NCBI RefSeq assembly: GCF_002113885.1
Contig: NW_018405514.1
Location: 280,297-344,296, forward strand
Origin: Mizuhopecten yessoensis
Lineage: Eukaryota
Direction of reading: 5' to 3'
Length of the DNA stretch: 64,000 nt
Within the stretch, counting starts at the first letter, position 1; every line of letters begins with the position of its first letter. Made by a program: the position numbers and the translations under genes. Under the pieces are notes generated by a model. That model saw nothing but the letters and a program-made list of their open reading frames with translations, was not told the DNA's origin and made no database searches. Below, piece by piece: positions 15,560 to 29,733 of this stretch.

Positions 15560-17279
15560 GTTTCTAATTACAAACATACCAGTAGTCTGATACTTGTTTT
15601 ATTGGTCTCATCTCCTGGTGCTAGGTTTATTCCAGTTTCTTTTAACTTAAGATCTATGAAAGAGAAAAAGGTCTTATTCAAGTTATTGAGAGATCACATA
15701 AATATTAAGTAAGAAATAAAAGCCCTTATGTAAGGTAATTGCAAAAGGTATTCAATTTCAGCTCTTACAATCACCTGCACTGCTTGACTGAACTTCTATA
15801 TACCAAATGGAAGGTTAAACGATAGCTAATGTTGGTTTTTTAATTTTGTGTTAATGGTAAGTGACAGTTTAGTAAGTGGATAAATGTATACACACACGAG
15901 ACACGAGTGGCAAGGTTGTTCAAATGGCACCGTTAGCTTATATCTTTGACAAAAATGTTCAAAATTATTCTTTTATCTTCTCTAAAATTACTAATTTCTA
16001 TGAATAACTTACTACCTGCTGTTTTCAGGTCATTACTGCATGAATAATAAGTAGTTATGATGACCTTTTATTTAAAATATGCTCTATGAATTTTTTTGTT
16101 TGTTGTAAAGCTGTTCAGGCCCTGAATGACGTGGCCCAGGTGATCACGTTTATTCAGTAGTAATCGGGTCAATATTAATACAGTAATATCTCGGTCAACT
16201 GGGGTAATTATACAAAACAGAAACCAAGAAAACACTGCTATACAAGTTCATTATTTTAATTTGACATATAGCCAAAAGTATTAAGACGGGACTTAGCAAT
16301 CCTAGTCACCAGTCAATATTATCTTCCTTGCCAATAAGTACTGTTGTAACAATGTCACACACCCATACACTCTGTACTGTTTAACACGGAACTTACACAC
16401 TTCTCGCCGCTACCATTTCATTATGTCTGTATAAAATATCAGACCATACATTCCATACTCTCCAAACAGTAGTGATGATCTGATGATATACAAATCAATT
16501 GGACTGATTAAAGTCTTGGTGCATTCCGTAATGTTAGTAGCGATCATAGCATGGAAAACTTCTTTGATGAGACACAAATAATTTGTAATGATCAGAGCTT
16601 GTGAGCATTCCATATATTCCAAACAGACAGTACCCCATGTAGTATGGCTGATATTTCAGCTGTAGCTGGGTACCATCCCACTCACACTATCACGACCCTC
16701 ACATTCAACCACGCAGCAATTCCTTTTCGCTCACCAGACCTAATCAAACAGTGATTTTCTAGTTGTTTGTGTTTGATATTGATCAGTTCTGGACCTACAA
16801 TGAATGATTTACATGTCAGTAACCAATACCATGCCACCTGTTGGTAGAAGTGTTATACTTAAGTTCACAAACACTGTAAATAACACCTCTTCTGACTCCT
16901 GTGTGGATTTCTGCATGGGACACAAACTTGGGTTCCGTTTCCTCCCTCTACTGTATCACTATAGTAATAGTCCATACAAACACACAGGAAGGATCTGGTG
17001 ACCAAGGGCAGATAACCACATTTCTAACACAAACATGGCACAGTTTCCATCAAGTTGGCAGATCTTCAACAATAGGTTCACCTCTATAGGGTGGTTCTGT
17101 TGTCTGTCTAGACTAAGGTCCTGGCCAAATCTTGTCTGGGATAACAGATCACCGTCATAACAACAGCAACACAACCTGAAAAACACAAAGAAAACTATTT
17201 ACTAAGAGACAACCTGATGAAACCATTTAGTACGGACAGATATTTACTAGGAAACAAGCTGATGATAATATTCCGTTGT

Positions 17280-17590
17280 AACTGTAAGACTCTTTCATGT
17301 TTAGTGGTATAGGATTGGGAAATTCAACCAAACGGGTTTTTGAATTTGGTGAAACCTGAGGCTTGCCAAGGGTTTGGTGAAACCTGAGGCTTGCCAAGGG
17401 TTTGTTGAAACATGGAGCTTGCCAAGGGTTTGGTGAAACCTGAGGCTTGCCAAGGGTTTGGTGAAATCTGGGGCTTGCCAAGGGTTTGGTGAAACCTGAG
17501 GCTTGCCAAGGGTTTTGCACAAATTTGAAAATCCATATGGTGGAATTTCCCTAGCCAACAACCCTGGGCATGAACAAATATTTTTCCGTC
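17280..17590. repeat. Foldback-type element with a central 28-bp unit amplified 6 times (17348-17515)
   Basis: Unit GGTGAAACCTGAGGCTTGCCAAGGGTTT, flanked by imperfect inverted arms (TTCATG..GGGAAATTCAACC / GGTGGAATTTCCC..CATGAA). Confidence 0.65.
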
Positions 17591-19518
17591 ATTCCAATCA
17601 CCAGATTCGGCTAATAAAGCAAAAGACGTCCTTATTTCCACATAGTGGGTTCGTAATGGTCCTGATTACATGATATTGGGTGATTGTTGTATCATTGTAA
17701 CATCAGGGATGTGAAATAGGGTTTGAAGGTTTAAGTTTTCAATCAAATGAAATTGATCACGGTCACCCATGGACCTATTCAACTGATTTCAAAACTGTCC
17801 CTCTACACCAAATACAATCAGGACAAACACCTGTGAATGTTATGTCCTCAATGTCATGTAATGTCACAGGCTCTCCCTGCTCTCGAGTTTATAATCATAC
17901 CCTCTTTGGACATCGACTATGAAGTCCCTACCATATTCAATAGACCGATAATTACTGATAGTCCAAAGAGCTTTGTGAAGTACAGTTAGTGTGTAATTGT
18001 GGGATTCTGTTGAATGGACTATGGTAATTTTTACAGTGCAAAGAGCTCTAATGGTTTTTACAGTACAGGAGAGATTATAAATCAAAGTTGGAATGTAGTG
18101 TATAGTTGATCAACTTAGCACAAGGTAAGCTATTTGAGGTAATAAAATAATCTATACTACCCTGTTGAATATGAAGCGAAAAGGCTACAACTTAAGAAAA
18201 TAAATGTTGAACAGCAGTCGAAGGCCTGAACTTGCTGACGTCAATCAGATAGCTATACAATACCAGAGAAACGAACAAACACAATAAATCTCCTGATTCA
18301 CAATACACTTGGGTTATTTAAACATGGAATCAATCCTTCATGGTCAGAAAGTACTTAATTCCGATTCTACACATCAATCAACATTTAAAAAAAATAAATA
18401 TTCATAGATATCTTAAACACCTGAAGCATGTCATTCAGCCCCCTCAGTGAAAAAATGTCCCATACCTCCAGAAAGTTTATATTTCTTCTAAAATTTGTTC
18501 AGTTTCTAAATACTATTATTTCCCTTCCTTTGCAGAACACAATTTCAATGGTGTTCTACTAGTACATGGAATAATATATTTTTTTCAAAAAGAAAATTGT
18601 TCATACCAATTAATGTAAAGTTTTTCCGCATACTTCTACAAAATTTTCCTTTATACCCAAATGCAAATTAACAATTGACAAAACCTTTGTAATACCATTT
18701 CATTGAAAGCACACCTCAAAACAGTAATTATTCAGGTGTCCTCAATCTGATGATGGTATCTGATGACTGTTAAACTATATCTTTAGGTTGTAGATACCTG
18801 TGACCTGTTAACAATTGTCATCATCTTTATCGACCAGAACGTTTACAAATGGAATTTGAATTTGATACATGTTGCAGTGAAGTAATATCATCGGGGAAAG
18901 ATTGTGATAGTCCTCCACCCACCTACCTACGTACAGGTCTACATATTACCCCTCAAGTTTATGCGTGGTACAAAAACTTGTTGAGACTATGATGAAAGGA
19001 TAGCACTTCGTGTTATTGATTCATGCAGACATTTAAATACATATCCTGTCTACAGCAATACACAAATTCATTATTTATTAAAATAATAAAAATGAACCCA
19101 CTCTTGGGCACACAGCAGGAAGTCCTATGAATGGTATTATCACACCTGAGCTAAGGCTGTTGAACTCAGTATTGGTAACACCAGTAACTACTGTTTTATG
19201 TATAAGGAACAGTAACAGAGACGGAAGCATAGACATTTTGTCTACACAACATATTTCCTAATAGTTCTTGCATACTAGACTGAGATATCTGCATTTCCGG
19301 TGGTGCTGGACAATTCTATCCTTTACACGCACAGACTGGCGGGGTCACAATATTGTTTGTGACGTCATTTTATGACGTTTTGGGGTCAGTCTGGGTCATT
19401 GACGTCATTAACAATTGCCATCCAGGCTTCATATGCAAATGAGAAATGTGCGGACAGTTTACAAGTTTACTAGAAGAGCAGCTATTTCCACGGGTTTTAG
19501 GTAATAAGCAAGAAATAG

Positions 19519-19628
19519 AATCCATTCTTGATGTGAGGTATGGATAAGGTAATTCAAGCCGTCAGGATTAAATATTGAGCAGGAAACCTGAGACTTACCT
19601 TACCCATACCTCACATCAGGGATGAATT
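19519..19628. repeat. Inverted repeat with ~34-bp arms, probably part of a foldback DNA element
   Basis: AATCCATTCTTGATGTGAGGTATGGATAAGGTAA (19519-19552) pairs with TTACCTTACCCATACCTCACATCAGGGATGAATT (19595-19628); the loop contains GAAACCTGAG, as in the 17.3-kb element. Confidence 0.7.
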
Positions 19629-19639
19629 ATATAAATATC

Positions 19640-20920
19640 TCAGTCTACAGACATGTTAAAGTGGTACACTGTGAGCCTACAGATTTGTTATAGTGGTACA
19701 GTCTCAGTCTAGTGATACACTCTCAGTCTAGTGGTACACTCTCAGTCTAGTGGTACACTCTCAGTCTACAGATTTGTTATAGTGGTACACTCTCAGTCTA
19801 GTGGTACACTCTCAGCCTACAGATTTGTTATAGTGGTACACTCTTAGTTTAGTGGTACACTCTCAGTCTACAGACTTGTTATAGTGGTACACTGTCAGTG
19901 TACAGACTTATCATAGTGGTACACTGTCAGTCTAGACTTGTCATAGTGGTATACTGTCAGTCTACAGACATGTCATAGTGGTACACTCTCAGTCTACAGA
20001 TTTGTTACAGTGGTACACTTTCAGTCTACAGACTTGTTATAGTGGTACACTGTCAGTGTACAGACTTATCATAGTGGTACACTGTCAGTCTAGACTTGTC
20101 ATAGTGGTATACTGTCAGTCTACAGACTTGTTACGGTGGTACACTCTCAGTCTACAGACTTGTTACAGTGGTACACGCTCAGTCTACAGACTTGTTATAG
20201 TGGTACACTGTCAGTCTACAGACATGTTATAGTGGTACACCCAGTCTACAGACTTGTTATAGTGGTACACTGACAGTGTACAGACTTATCATAGTGGTAC
20301 ACTGTCAGTCTAGACTTGTCATAGTGGTACACTGTCAGTCTACAGACATGTCATAGTGGTACACTCTCAGTCTACAGACTTGTTACAGTGGTACACTCTC
20401 AGTCTACAGACTTGTTATAGTGGTACACTGTCAGTCTACAGACATGTTATAGTGGTACACCCAGTCTACAATCTTGTTATAGTGGTACACCCAGTCTACA
20501 GACATGTTATAGTGGTACACTAAGAGTTTACAGACTTGTTATAGTGGTACACTAAGAGTTTACAGACATGTTATAGTGGTACACTAAGAGTTTACAGACT
20601 TGTTATAGTGGTACACTAAGAGTTTACAGACATGTTATAGTGGTACACTAAGAGTTTACAGACATGTTATAGTGGTACACCCAGTCTAGACTTGTTATAG
20701 TGGTACACTGGGAGTCTTGTAGACTTATTATAGTGGTACACCCAGTCTACAGACATGTTATAGTGGTACACTAAGAGTTTACAGACTTGTTATAGTGGTA
20801 CACTAAGAGTTTACAGACATGTTATAATGGTACACTCTCAGTCTACAGACTTGTTATAGTGGTACACTGTCAGTCTACAGACATGTTATAGATGTACACT
20901 AAGAGTTTACAGACTTGCTA
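19640..20920. repeat. ~32-bp minisatellite (~40 copies, with 19- and 30-bp variants)
   Basis: Unit CAGTCTACAGACTTGTTATAGTGGTACACTCT. Confidence 0.95.
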
Positions 20921-21984
20921 ATGTAGTATACTGCACAACACCATAAGCATTTGATAAACACATGTAAATAAAGATCATTACTTCTATGGAATTTTTGTAC
21001 TGGAGTCACTTTCACAAACATTCCTTAGGTCAATTTCTGAACTTCTGATATTTTTAGGAAAGTATTGAGATAATTCAGGAAAATGTCCTCAACATCAGAA
21101 TTTTTCTGTAATTCTAGCATTGCTTTTAGATGGTAAAATTAGTTATGGATTATTTGTGAAACTAGGGCAGGGTGATAAACCTAGTTCTTAAATTGTTTAA
21201 CAAATGTTTTTTATGGAATTTTAACACCAAATAATCAATGATTCCTTGGCTTTTATTTTTATTCTAAACCTTTTTTTAATATTCATTGGTATATGGTATC
21301 TCTTTTGAATATACATGCTTTTTATAGCAATAACCAATTAGTTTCATTATTGAAAAGCCTACTGGTAAGCTGAACTTAAACTGAAGCAAAAATGTCCAAG
21401 CTTGACAGTAATAGAATATTTATATAAGCTCAGTATAATGTATTAGTCCTGTGTATTGACTAAAATAAGCTGACATCCACAAAATCTTGATTACAGGATA
21501 AGTCAATGTGACCAGCTTATAAATAATGGCCTACCAGTACTTCCAGTGTGACGCCCCTAGTCAATAGAACATTGATTATCCCGGCCCCTGTCCATAAACA
21601 AAGCCCTCAGTAATGTATTTCTCCCATTAACATACACACAACACAATGGCAGGCAGAAGGCACCACCATTCTACTGCCGACCATCACACTGTACATCTTT
21701 TACACTTACATCCATAATCAATTCTCAAACTTTAATGGAAGTCAGGTATGACAATACCATAAAGACGACCAGGAAATCAGACCAACAGAGCATGCAATTT
21801 TACATGTTTCTGCTCCCAAACTAATGTGCATAAGAAATGTTATGACACACTGTACATAATGTGTATAGGGTATACAGTATATCTGGTACAAATATACCGA
21901 AAGTTTATATACAATTCATTTCATCTTAATAATATACCTTTCAAACTTCAGCTTTATTACAAAGTTTATAGGTGTATATCAAAA

Positions 21985-22216
21985 TTTGGTTTGGTTTGGT
22001 TTGTTTGTGTTTTACGTCCTATTATGTCAACAGGTATGGTCTTTTAAGGACATGTCAGGTTATGGTTGTGGAGAAAAGCTGGAGAACCCAGAGAAAAACC
22101 ACCAACCAGCAGCCAGTACCTGGCAACTGCCCCATGTTGGTCTCAAACTCGTGAGCCTGTGGTGGAGGGCTAGTGATCATAGACAATCAGATACCTTAAC
22201 CACTAGCCCCATCCCC
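21985..22216 (-). mobile_element. tRNA-derived SINE, V-domain type
   Basis: On the minus strand: A-box-like GGCTAGTGGTTAAG, B-box-like GAGTTTGAGACC, V-domain-like GGTTTTTCTCTGGGTTCTCCAGCTTTTCTCCAC, and a (CAAAC)n tail. Confidence 0.75.
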
Positions 22217-22280
22217 ACCCCCTGCACCATATACCCATACATAGAAAAAGCTACTAAAGTCTGTATAGTATATCATGAAG

Positions 22281-22632
22281 TTTGGTTTGGTTTAGTATTG
22301 TTTAACATCCTATCAACAGCTATGGTCATTTAAGGACCGCCTCCCCTGTGTGCAAGATGCATGTGTGTAATGTAGGCGTATGTGTTTTGGGAGGCTGCGA
22401 TCTGTTCGTGTTTGTCTCCTTGTGGTAGCGTGGAACTGATGCTGACTTTATAGTGCTACCCAGCAGGACACCCCACTCGATCACATTATACTGACAACGG
22501 GCGAACCAGTCACCCCACTCCTAAATTGCTGAGCGTTGAGCAAGAGTAGAAACTACCATTTTTACAGACTCTGGTATGTCTCGGCCAGGGGACAGAACTC
22601 AAAGCCTTCCTCACAGGGGTGAACGCTCAACT
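22281..22632 (-). mobile_element. tRNA-related SINE, probably Meta-domain type (may extend to ~22780)
   Basis: Core TCACATTATACTGACAACGGGCGAACCAGT...CTACCATTTTT and (CAAAC)n tail; a second diverged copy lies at 43503-43842. Confidence 0.7.
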
Positions 22633-23894
22633 AAAGGCAAAAGGTGAGGCATTGTCAAGGGAGACAATAGGAAGAAGAAAGTTGTTTAGAAAGAAGAGAA
22701 AAGATAAGATTCCAAATTTAGTCGCCTCTTACGTTATGCAATGCGGGCAGCAGGTACAATTCTTACGCCCTTCCTGCAGGGACTATATTATGAAGTCCTA
22801 AACATTTCTTTTCATATTTAATCTAGCATATTTTTTATCGTATAATGATATATTGAATCAAAATGTTATGTAATCATTACACTTAGATGACTGTGCTATA
22901 GCCTAGATTGTCACCTTCTTCATGCCTCATAGGTATATATATAGGTAAAGCTTATCTCATTTGTATTTTAATGCATTTCTTCTATGACTAACATGCATAT
23001 GTATAAGTGATAACAAATTGAATTCTATATAGATGGCCACATATATTCTTATGGAACATGATGAGATGATGCAATCACAATTCCACTTCTATTTCAGTGA
23101 TTTTTTTCCCTACATAATTTCATTTGCACAGACTTATTGGCATATATACCGAAGCATAATGCCAACGCAAATAGATCCACATTGAGAATAGTTTGAGAAA
23201 GTAAATGGCAAAAGAATAAAAGTTCTGTTTGAACCGTGATAAAGGTACCAATATACACTAGAATATCCCTAAATCACATCAGTTACCAACTTCAATATAA
23301 TCATTACATGTATTACACCAAAGGAGGCAAACTGATCGACACTATTATCAAAAGCGACATAGTTATTGATAATACAATTATCTAAGTAGGCATAACAATT
23401 CAGATTGGTGCTGTAAGTATTGAACAGTTTCAAGTTGGTATCTATCGACAATATGAATGCCAACTGGACTGTGATAAATTCCATGATCATGATGCCATGT
23501 TCCAACTGGCAATCATATTGACTATAAATGCCATTTGAAACCTATTCAATAGTTATACACTTTTTGTATTTACATTTTTTTCAAATATTTGAATCTCATC
23601 AAAAATCATATTTCTATCCAAATTTTAAGCATTTAATTCAAGTAAGTGTATTGTGTATGTTTTTTTGTATTACTTGAAATAACCATCTTCAAGGGAGCAT
23701 CATTACAATTATGATGTCATAATAATAACATTAACATGTGAGCTATGACATTCATAGCTGATATGAATGCCACCTGAACTTGGTAGGGTTATAGTGGTAA
23801 ATATTATTTAAGGAAGCACACTAATTGACACTTTTATCAAAGGAGAAATATTGATTGATACTATGTATACTGTATTATCAAGACATACTGATCA

Positions 23895-24700
23895 ACACTG
23901 TTCACTGTTATCAAAGGAAGAATACATACCGATTGACACTAATATCAAAGGAAGTATACATTCCGATTGACACTTATATCAAAGGAAGAATACATACCGA
24001 TTGACACTTATATCAAAGGAAGAATACATACCGATTGACACTAATATCAAAGGAAGTATACATACCGATTGACACTAATATCAAAGGAAGTATACATACC
24101 GATTGACACTAATATCAAAGGAAGTATACATACCGATTGACACTAATATCAAAGGAAGTATACATACCGATTGACACTAATATCAAAGGAAGTATACATA
24201 CCGATTGACACTAATATCAAAGGAAGTATACATACCGATTGACACTAATATCAAAGGAAGTATACATACCGATTGACACTAATATCAAAGGAAGTATACA
24301 TACCGATTGACACTAATATCAAAGGAAGTATACATACCGATTGACACTAATATCAAAGGAAGTATACATACCGATTGACACTAATATCAAAGGAAGTATA
24401 CATACCGATTGACACTAATATCAAAGGAAGTATACATACCGATTGACACTAATATCAAAGGAAGTATACATACCGATTGACACTTATATCAAAGGAAGTA
24501 TACATACCGATTGACACTAATATCAAAGGAAGTATACATACTGATTGACACTTATATCAAAGGAAGTATACATACCGATTGACACTTATATCAAAGGAAG
24601 TATACATACTGATTGACACTTATATCAAAGGAAGTATACATACCGATTAACACTTATATCAAAGGAAGTATACATACCGATTAATATGTATATCAAGGGG
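23895..24700. repeat. 34-bp minisatellite (~23 copies)
   Basis: Unit GATTGACACTAATATCAAAGGAAGTATACATACC; degenerate copies in both flanks. Confidence 0.95.
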
Positions 24701-26478
24701 AAGTCTGCTTATTTAGAATAGTACCAGAGGAAGTTTGCTAATTGAAAATAGTATAAAAGGAGGCAGTCGTAAGATATAACACATAATTACCAGTTCAACA
24801 ACAGGTTTTTTGTCAGGATCACATTAAAAGCACAATTTTAGGATTTCAAAAGGATCAAGGATATTTAAAATGAAGCGAGATCTAACATACTAGTATATTT
24901 TTAATACATATGGTAGTGACTTTGTAATCAATTTGTGTGACCAGACAGAATTTTGAGAACAGTTTAAGTGCTGAAAATATCAAATTGTTTATTGCCTGAT
25001 ATATGTACAGATAAAAACTTGACCAAACCTATAACTTATAACATCTCCAGTAATTAACAGGTGAAAAGATTGGACCATCAATTACCAGTCCAGGTTCCAG
25101 ATGTTAGCTTTATCAGATTAATTATATACATTGCCATATATCATCAAAGTCACAATTTTATGCAAGGAAAGAAATCAAAAAATAATTGTGTGTTATCTGA
25201 AGGAGACCATCTTGAATCCCTTTTTTTCCAGTTTGATAATTATCAATCAAAGGTTAAATTTTCATATTTTTTTTTTTTTTTAGAAAATTGAAAAAAGATC
25301 TCATGATTAACTTACATCTTGAAAATCCTATAAACAGTTTACAGTAAACAGTTGTCCTGTCATTGACACAGCCCTATATGCAAGTAAACATGTTTATGCA
25401 GCAGATTACTTCATTAAGTGGAAGTAAAAAATGACCATTACTCTATACAAACAGCAGTGGCCATTTGACCTCTGTAGTGTATACATATCACTACTAGACT
25501 ATAGGGTACAACAATATCAGCCAGTCTGTGTGTTTGTTTTTGCCGCTACCATTACAGACAGGTCTACCTAATCCGAGCTGTGTAAAAACTTGCCTGACCA
25601 GCCAGTATTAACCGACACTAATCAATCACTGTACAATCAGTATTCATGCTCTCGTGCCAGTATTGATTCATTCACAGTTAATGTTACATGATCTGTGCTG
25701 TAGTATCAATGATCATGTGGCTCTAATCACATCTATTGTTTTTACCTAATTTTACTGGTGTGGTAACTGTCTGTTTTTATGTTGCTGTAGATTACCCTGT
25801 CATATTGATTCGTATATAAATATCTACAAATGTATTACCATTTGTCAGAGAGGGTAATTTCCTTCTGATGACTGCAGTGACTACGCCTTTTTTCTAGGTA
25901 CTTTAAGAGTGCAAACTTGGCATTTAATAACCTACTTGCCAACTCTCCCTTTTGTGGAGGGTGACTACCAATTTGGAACCCTACACTTGAGCCTTTTCAC
26001 CCAGTGAATCTGTTAAACTGTTCCTATTTTCTCAGATCTGATGATTTCACTTCGACTGATAGTTCAAAATATGTCCTTTTAAAGTTTTATTTTGTCCCCA
26101 GGGGTATACACACACATTTTATTTATGTTTTTAATTTACCAACTTTAAATATACAAAATTGTACAAAGGGTCCTATTTATGGAACTTTATCAATAAATGA
26201 TTTATTGAAGCTTTTCTTGGCCTTAAGTTTTGTTTAAAGTGTTTGGGGATAATATCAATTGGATGATTTCACTTTGTAACCCATTCAAACTACCAGTATG
26301 GACATGTTGTGTGTTGTACCTAAGAGAAATTGTTGAATGTACATATGTAAATCCATATGTATAATATACACGATTTGTGAATATATGGCTCATGTTTACA
26401 TTTGTAATGTTCACATATGTACATAAAAAATGTGATTATGAATAAAAGAACTGAATTAAAAAGAAAATTGCATTATTT

Positions 26479-27514
26479 AACAAAGAGGCCCATGGGCCTT
26501 AATGGTCACCTGATATATTTATACAGAGAGTTAATTTGGTTTTAAACATGAACAGAACTATTTTCAAAGTGACAAAAAACAATAAAACCACCTTATTCAA
26601 TATCTAGCATACAGATTTAAGACTAAAAAGTATTTGAAACTAACACCTCCGCTTCTAAACAAGGAAAATGAAGAAATTTTAGCACACTGATTGGGCCCCA
26701 CCCTACAGCCCTTGGGGTAGGGCTGGCTCAAAATTTTCAAAGTATCAAACTGTCAACTCAGGGTTATAATTCCAATCAAGTTATTAACATGTAATATTCA
26801 AAGTATCATTTGCCATTACAAACCATAATAATTTTTGCCCCCCCCCCCCCTTCCCCAGGGGGTAAACGTGAGACCCTAGGGTCATAAACTTTAAGACCCC
26901 TCCATCTATGAAGAGTGTTTGATTCTACCATATCTGGGTCTTTGAGAAGAAGATTTTTGAAATTTCAGTAAATTCAACCCTTTTTGGCCCAACCCATCAG
27001 CCCCGGGGGGTCAGTCAGGGCTGATATGTGCATACCATCAAACTACTACCTAACACTGATAACCAAAACTGAATTACTTCCAATGGAAATTAAACAAATG
27101 TTGGTCCAAAATGTGATTTCCCTATATAAACTATAGTAAAGTTTACCCCCTCCCCAGGGGGAAATGTGAGACCCCAGGGTCAAGAAATTCACAATTTTGG
27201 TAAAGCACCTTAAGACCCTTCCATCTATGAAGAGTATTTGATTCTACCATATCTGGGTCTTGAGAAGAAGATTTTTGAAATTTTAGTCAATTTGACCCTT
27301 TTTGGCCCCGCCCCTCAGGCCCCTGGGGGCTGGGGACCAAACCAGCTACTATTTTTGTTGACCTTTGGCCATGAAAGGTTTCTGCAAAATTTCATTGAAA
27401 TTGGTTCAGGGGTTTTGGAGAAGAAGTCGAAGATGTAAATTGTTTACGGACGCACGACGGACAAAAGGCGATCGCAATAGGTCACTTGAGACTTTGTCTC
27501 AGGTGACCTAAAAA
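26479..27514 (-). mobile_element. Non-autonomous Helentron-like element (HINE)
   Basis: On the minus strand: 5' TTTTTAGGTCACCTGAGACAAAGTCTCAAGTGACCTA (subterminal IR/hairpin), a GTCC-like microsatellite, an internal ~300-bp duplication (near 26850 and 27150), and 3' TCAGGTGACC..GGCCCATGGGCC palindrome..TGTT. Confidence 0.8.
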
Positions 27515-29554
27515 TCAGGATATATCCATATACACATTTTATTTTAATGAAAATTCTTTGTTCACTACTATTCAAATTTGCCTTTTTTCCAAGAGATGAA
27601 CTGGTATTGTAGGAACACGATCGCCAGAATCTTTGATGAATCCTATTAATATACTTTGAAAGTGACCAATACGACAAAAATTGCATTAATTAGAGAACAC
27701 CAATTTGTTTTATAATTCGAACTTGGTCATATTACAATCTGGAACATACCAGTGAGAAAGAAATCTGATGCAATACACACAATTTAAAGATTTCACATTT
27801 TCACATTTTACCACCATGTGACCTAAAGCAATTAAATTGAACAGCCTTAAGCATGTTTAGTTGCAACTTTATCAACTTTACTAACTTTAACAGGACAAAT
27901 ATCATGACCTAGGCCTTGTGGTTCTGTGGAAGATGTTTAAAGCAAAGTTGATAAAGGATGCAGCACCGTTGCTGAACATAAAAGGATTATTTAAAATCTA
28001 CCACACTGATTTTTGAACTGTTAAGTTTCTATATAAAAACACCTTAGCATACTGATAAATAAAGCATTTTGTCAAATTTTCTACATGGTAGCTGGTGCAG
28101 AAAACCAAAAGTCCCAGAAGCCTTGTATTGCTCCCCTTAATATTTATATAATCATTACAATATGAATTTATTTATTATGTAAGGTTATATGGTTGGAATG
28201 CAAACGTTTTTCTATGCTATGACCGGGGAACAAAATCAATATGGACCAGGCTGGACCTATGAGCCAATCATGCTAGCATAATTACAATGGTCTCTTTATT
28301 CTTACATGGTTATAGGGTGGGAATCTCAGCAAAACCCATGTCATAACACAGGGACTTAACCACCAGGGGTAAGGCTGACAGAGGGACTAATCCTGGTCGC
28401 ATGATTGTGCAGCTTATATGGGGATCTTAGCTGTTTTTATGTAATGACTCAGGGACAGACCCGAGACAAATTCTGATATCATGAATGTATTTTTAAGTTA
28501 CTTTATGTAATATGGGATAGACATGATAGCCAATTAAATTCCCTGACCAAGAAACTAAGTCCCCAGTAGCAGGATTGTGTTCATCTTTTCATACAAAGAT
28601 CTCTTCATACAAAGATGGGCCGGACAGCAAGGCTTGAGTGAGGATATTGCTTTTCAGGATATGATGCAAATACCCGAGGGAGGGCTGGACCCCAGTGTGA
28701 ATCATGGAAGCATGGATGTAATTGTCTCTTGTTGTCTATTATGTTTTTATATGGCTATATTGTGGAGATACGTCTTTAGGTGAGCCATTGTTCGTGCCCA
28801 AGGGATCATACAAACTTCATATAATATATGACCACCATGTCTTCTTGATAATTCGAATTAAATATGGTGATAATCTGCACAACATTTTGCAAAGAATGCA
28901 CCAAACCAAACCAGGTTAAAATCTCAGTAACCACATTCAAGAAGTCTTTAAAATTATTAACTATATTTCTGCTTCCTGGGTGGGACATGTTTTTTGCTTA
29001 TGAAATATTGTCTCCTGGGCCAAAGAATGCTCCAGACTAATATAGGTTAAAATCACTTTTTACCTGTACTCAAAGGGTATAATCTTTTACCTATTATATA
29101 TATTTCATCATATGGCAGAAGGAAACAAGTATATACAGTGTAAAACATGGGTAAGTGTACTGAATTCTAACATTAAAGATAACCGTACTGCAGATCTGAG
29201 ATAGTTTAAAATACAAATCCACATATTGCACAAACATGAACACCACACAGATTGATTAGAAAAATGTGGAAAATTGTTGAGGACAAAAGAAAGGCCATGA
29301 CATTCAACACCTGTAAAATGCTGCTAGAGCAGCTACACATGGAAAACAGTTACTGGCCCTATTCTCCTTGCAATTCAATCAAATCAAGATACTGAGCTTA
29401 AATCTAACTATAATAATCACTAGGTAGGTGTAAAAACAATACTTGCTTCATCAGATTATGAATTTAAGGATTAAATAAATTATGTTTTACCCTTATCAAC
29501 ATAAAGAGAAAATATCTGACCCCAAATGTGAGCTTGAAATCAAGTGAAATAGCT

Positions 29555-29733
29555 GTTATTGTATGATATCACTTCAGTAGAGGAAGTGGGTATGATATAG
29601 ATGTATAATAAATGTCTAGCCAAGCAGTTAAGGTGGTCCAATCGAGTTATTGTATGATATCACTTCAGTAGAGGAAGTGGGTATGATGTAGATGTATAAT
29701 AAATGTCTAGCCAAGCAGTTAAGGTGGTCCAAT
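29555..29733. repeat. Direct tandem duplication of ~90 bp
   Basis: GTTATTGTATGATATCACTTCAG...GGTGGTCCAAT occurs at 29555-29643 and 29646-29733. Confidence 0.9.

Noticed and set aside
28577-28783. 68-aa plus-strand ORF with protein-like composition
   Set aside because: No recognisable homology or consistent exon structure; lies in the presumed WBP11 3' UTR or intergenic region.
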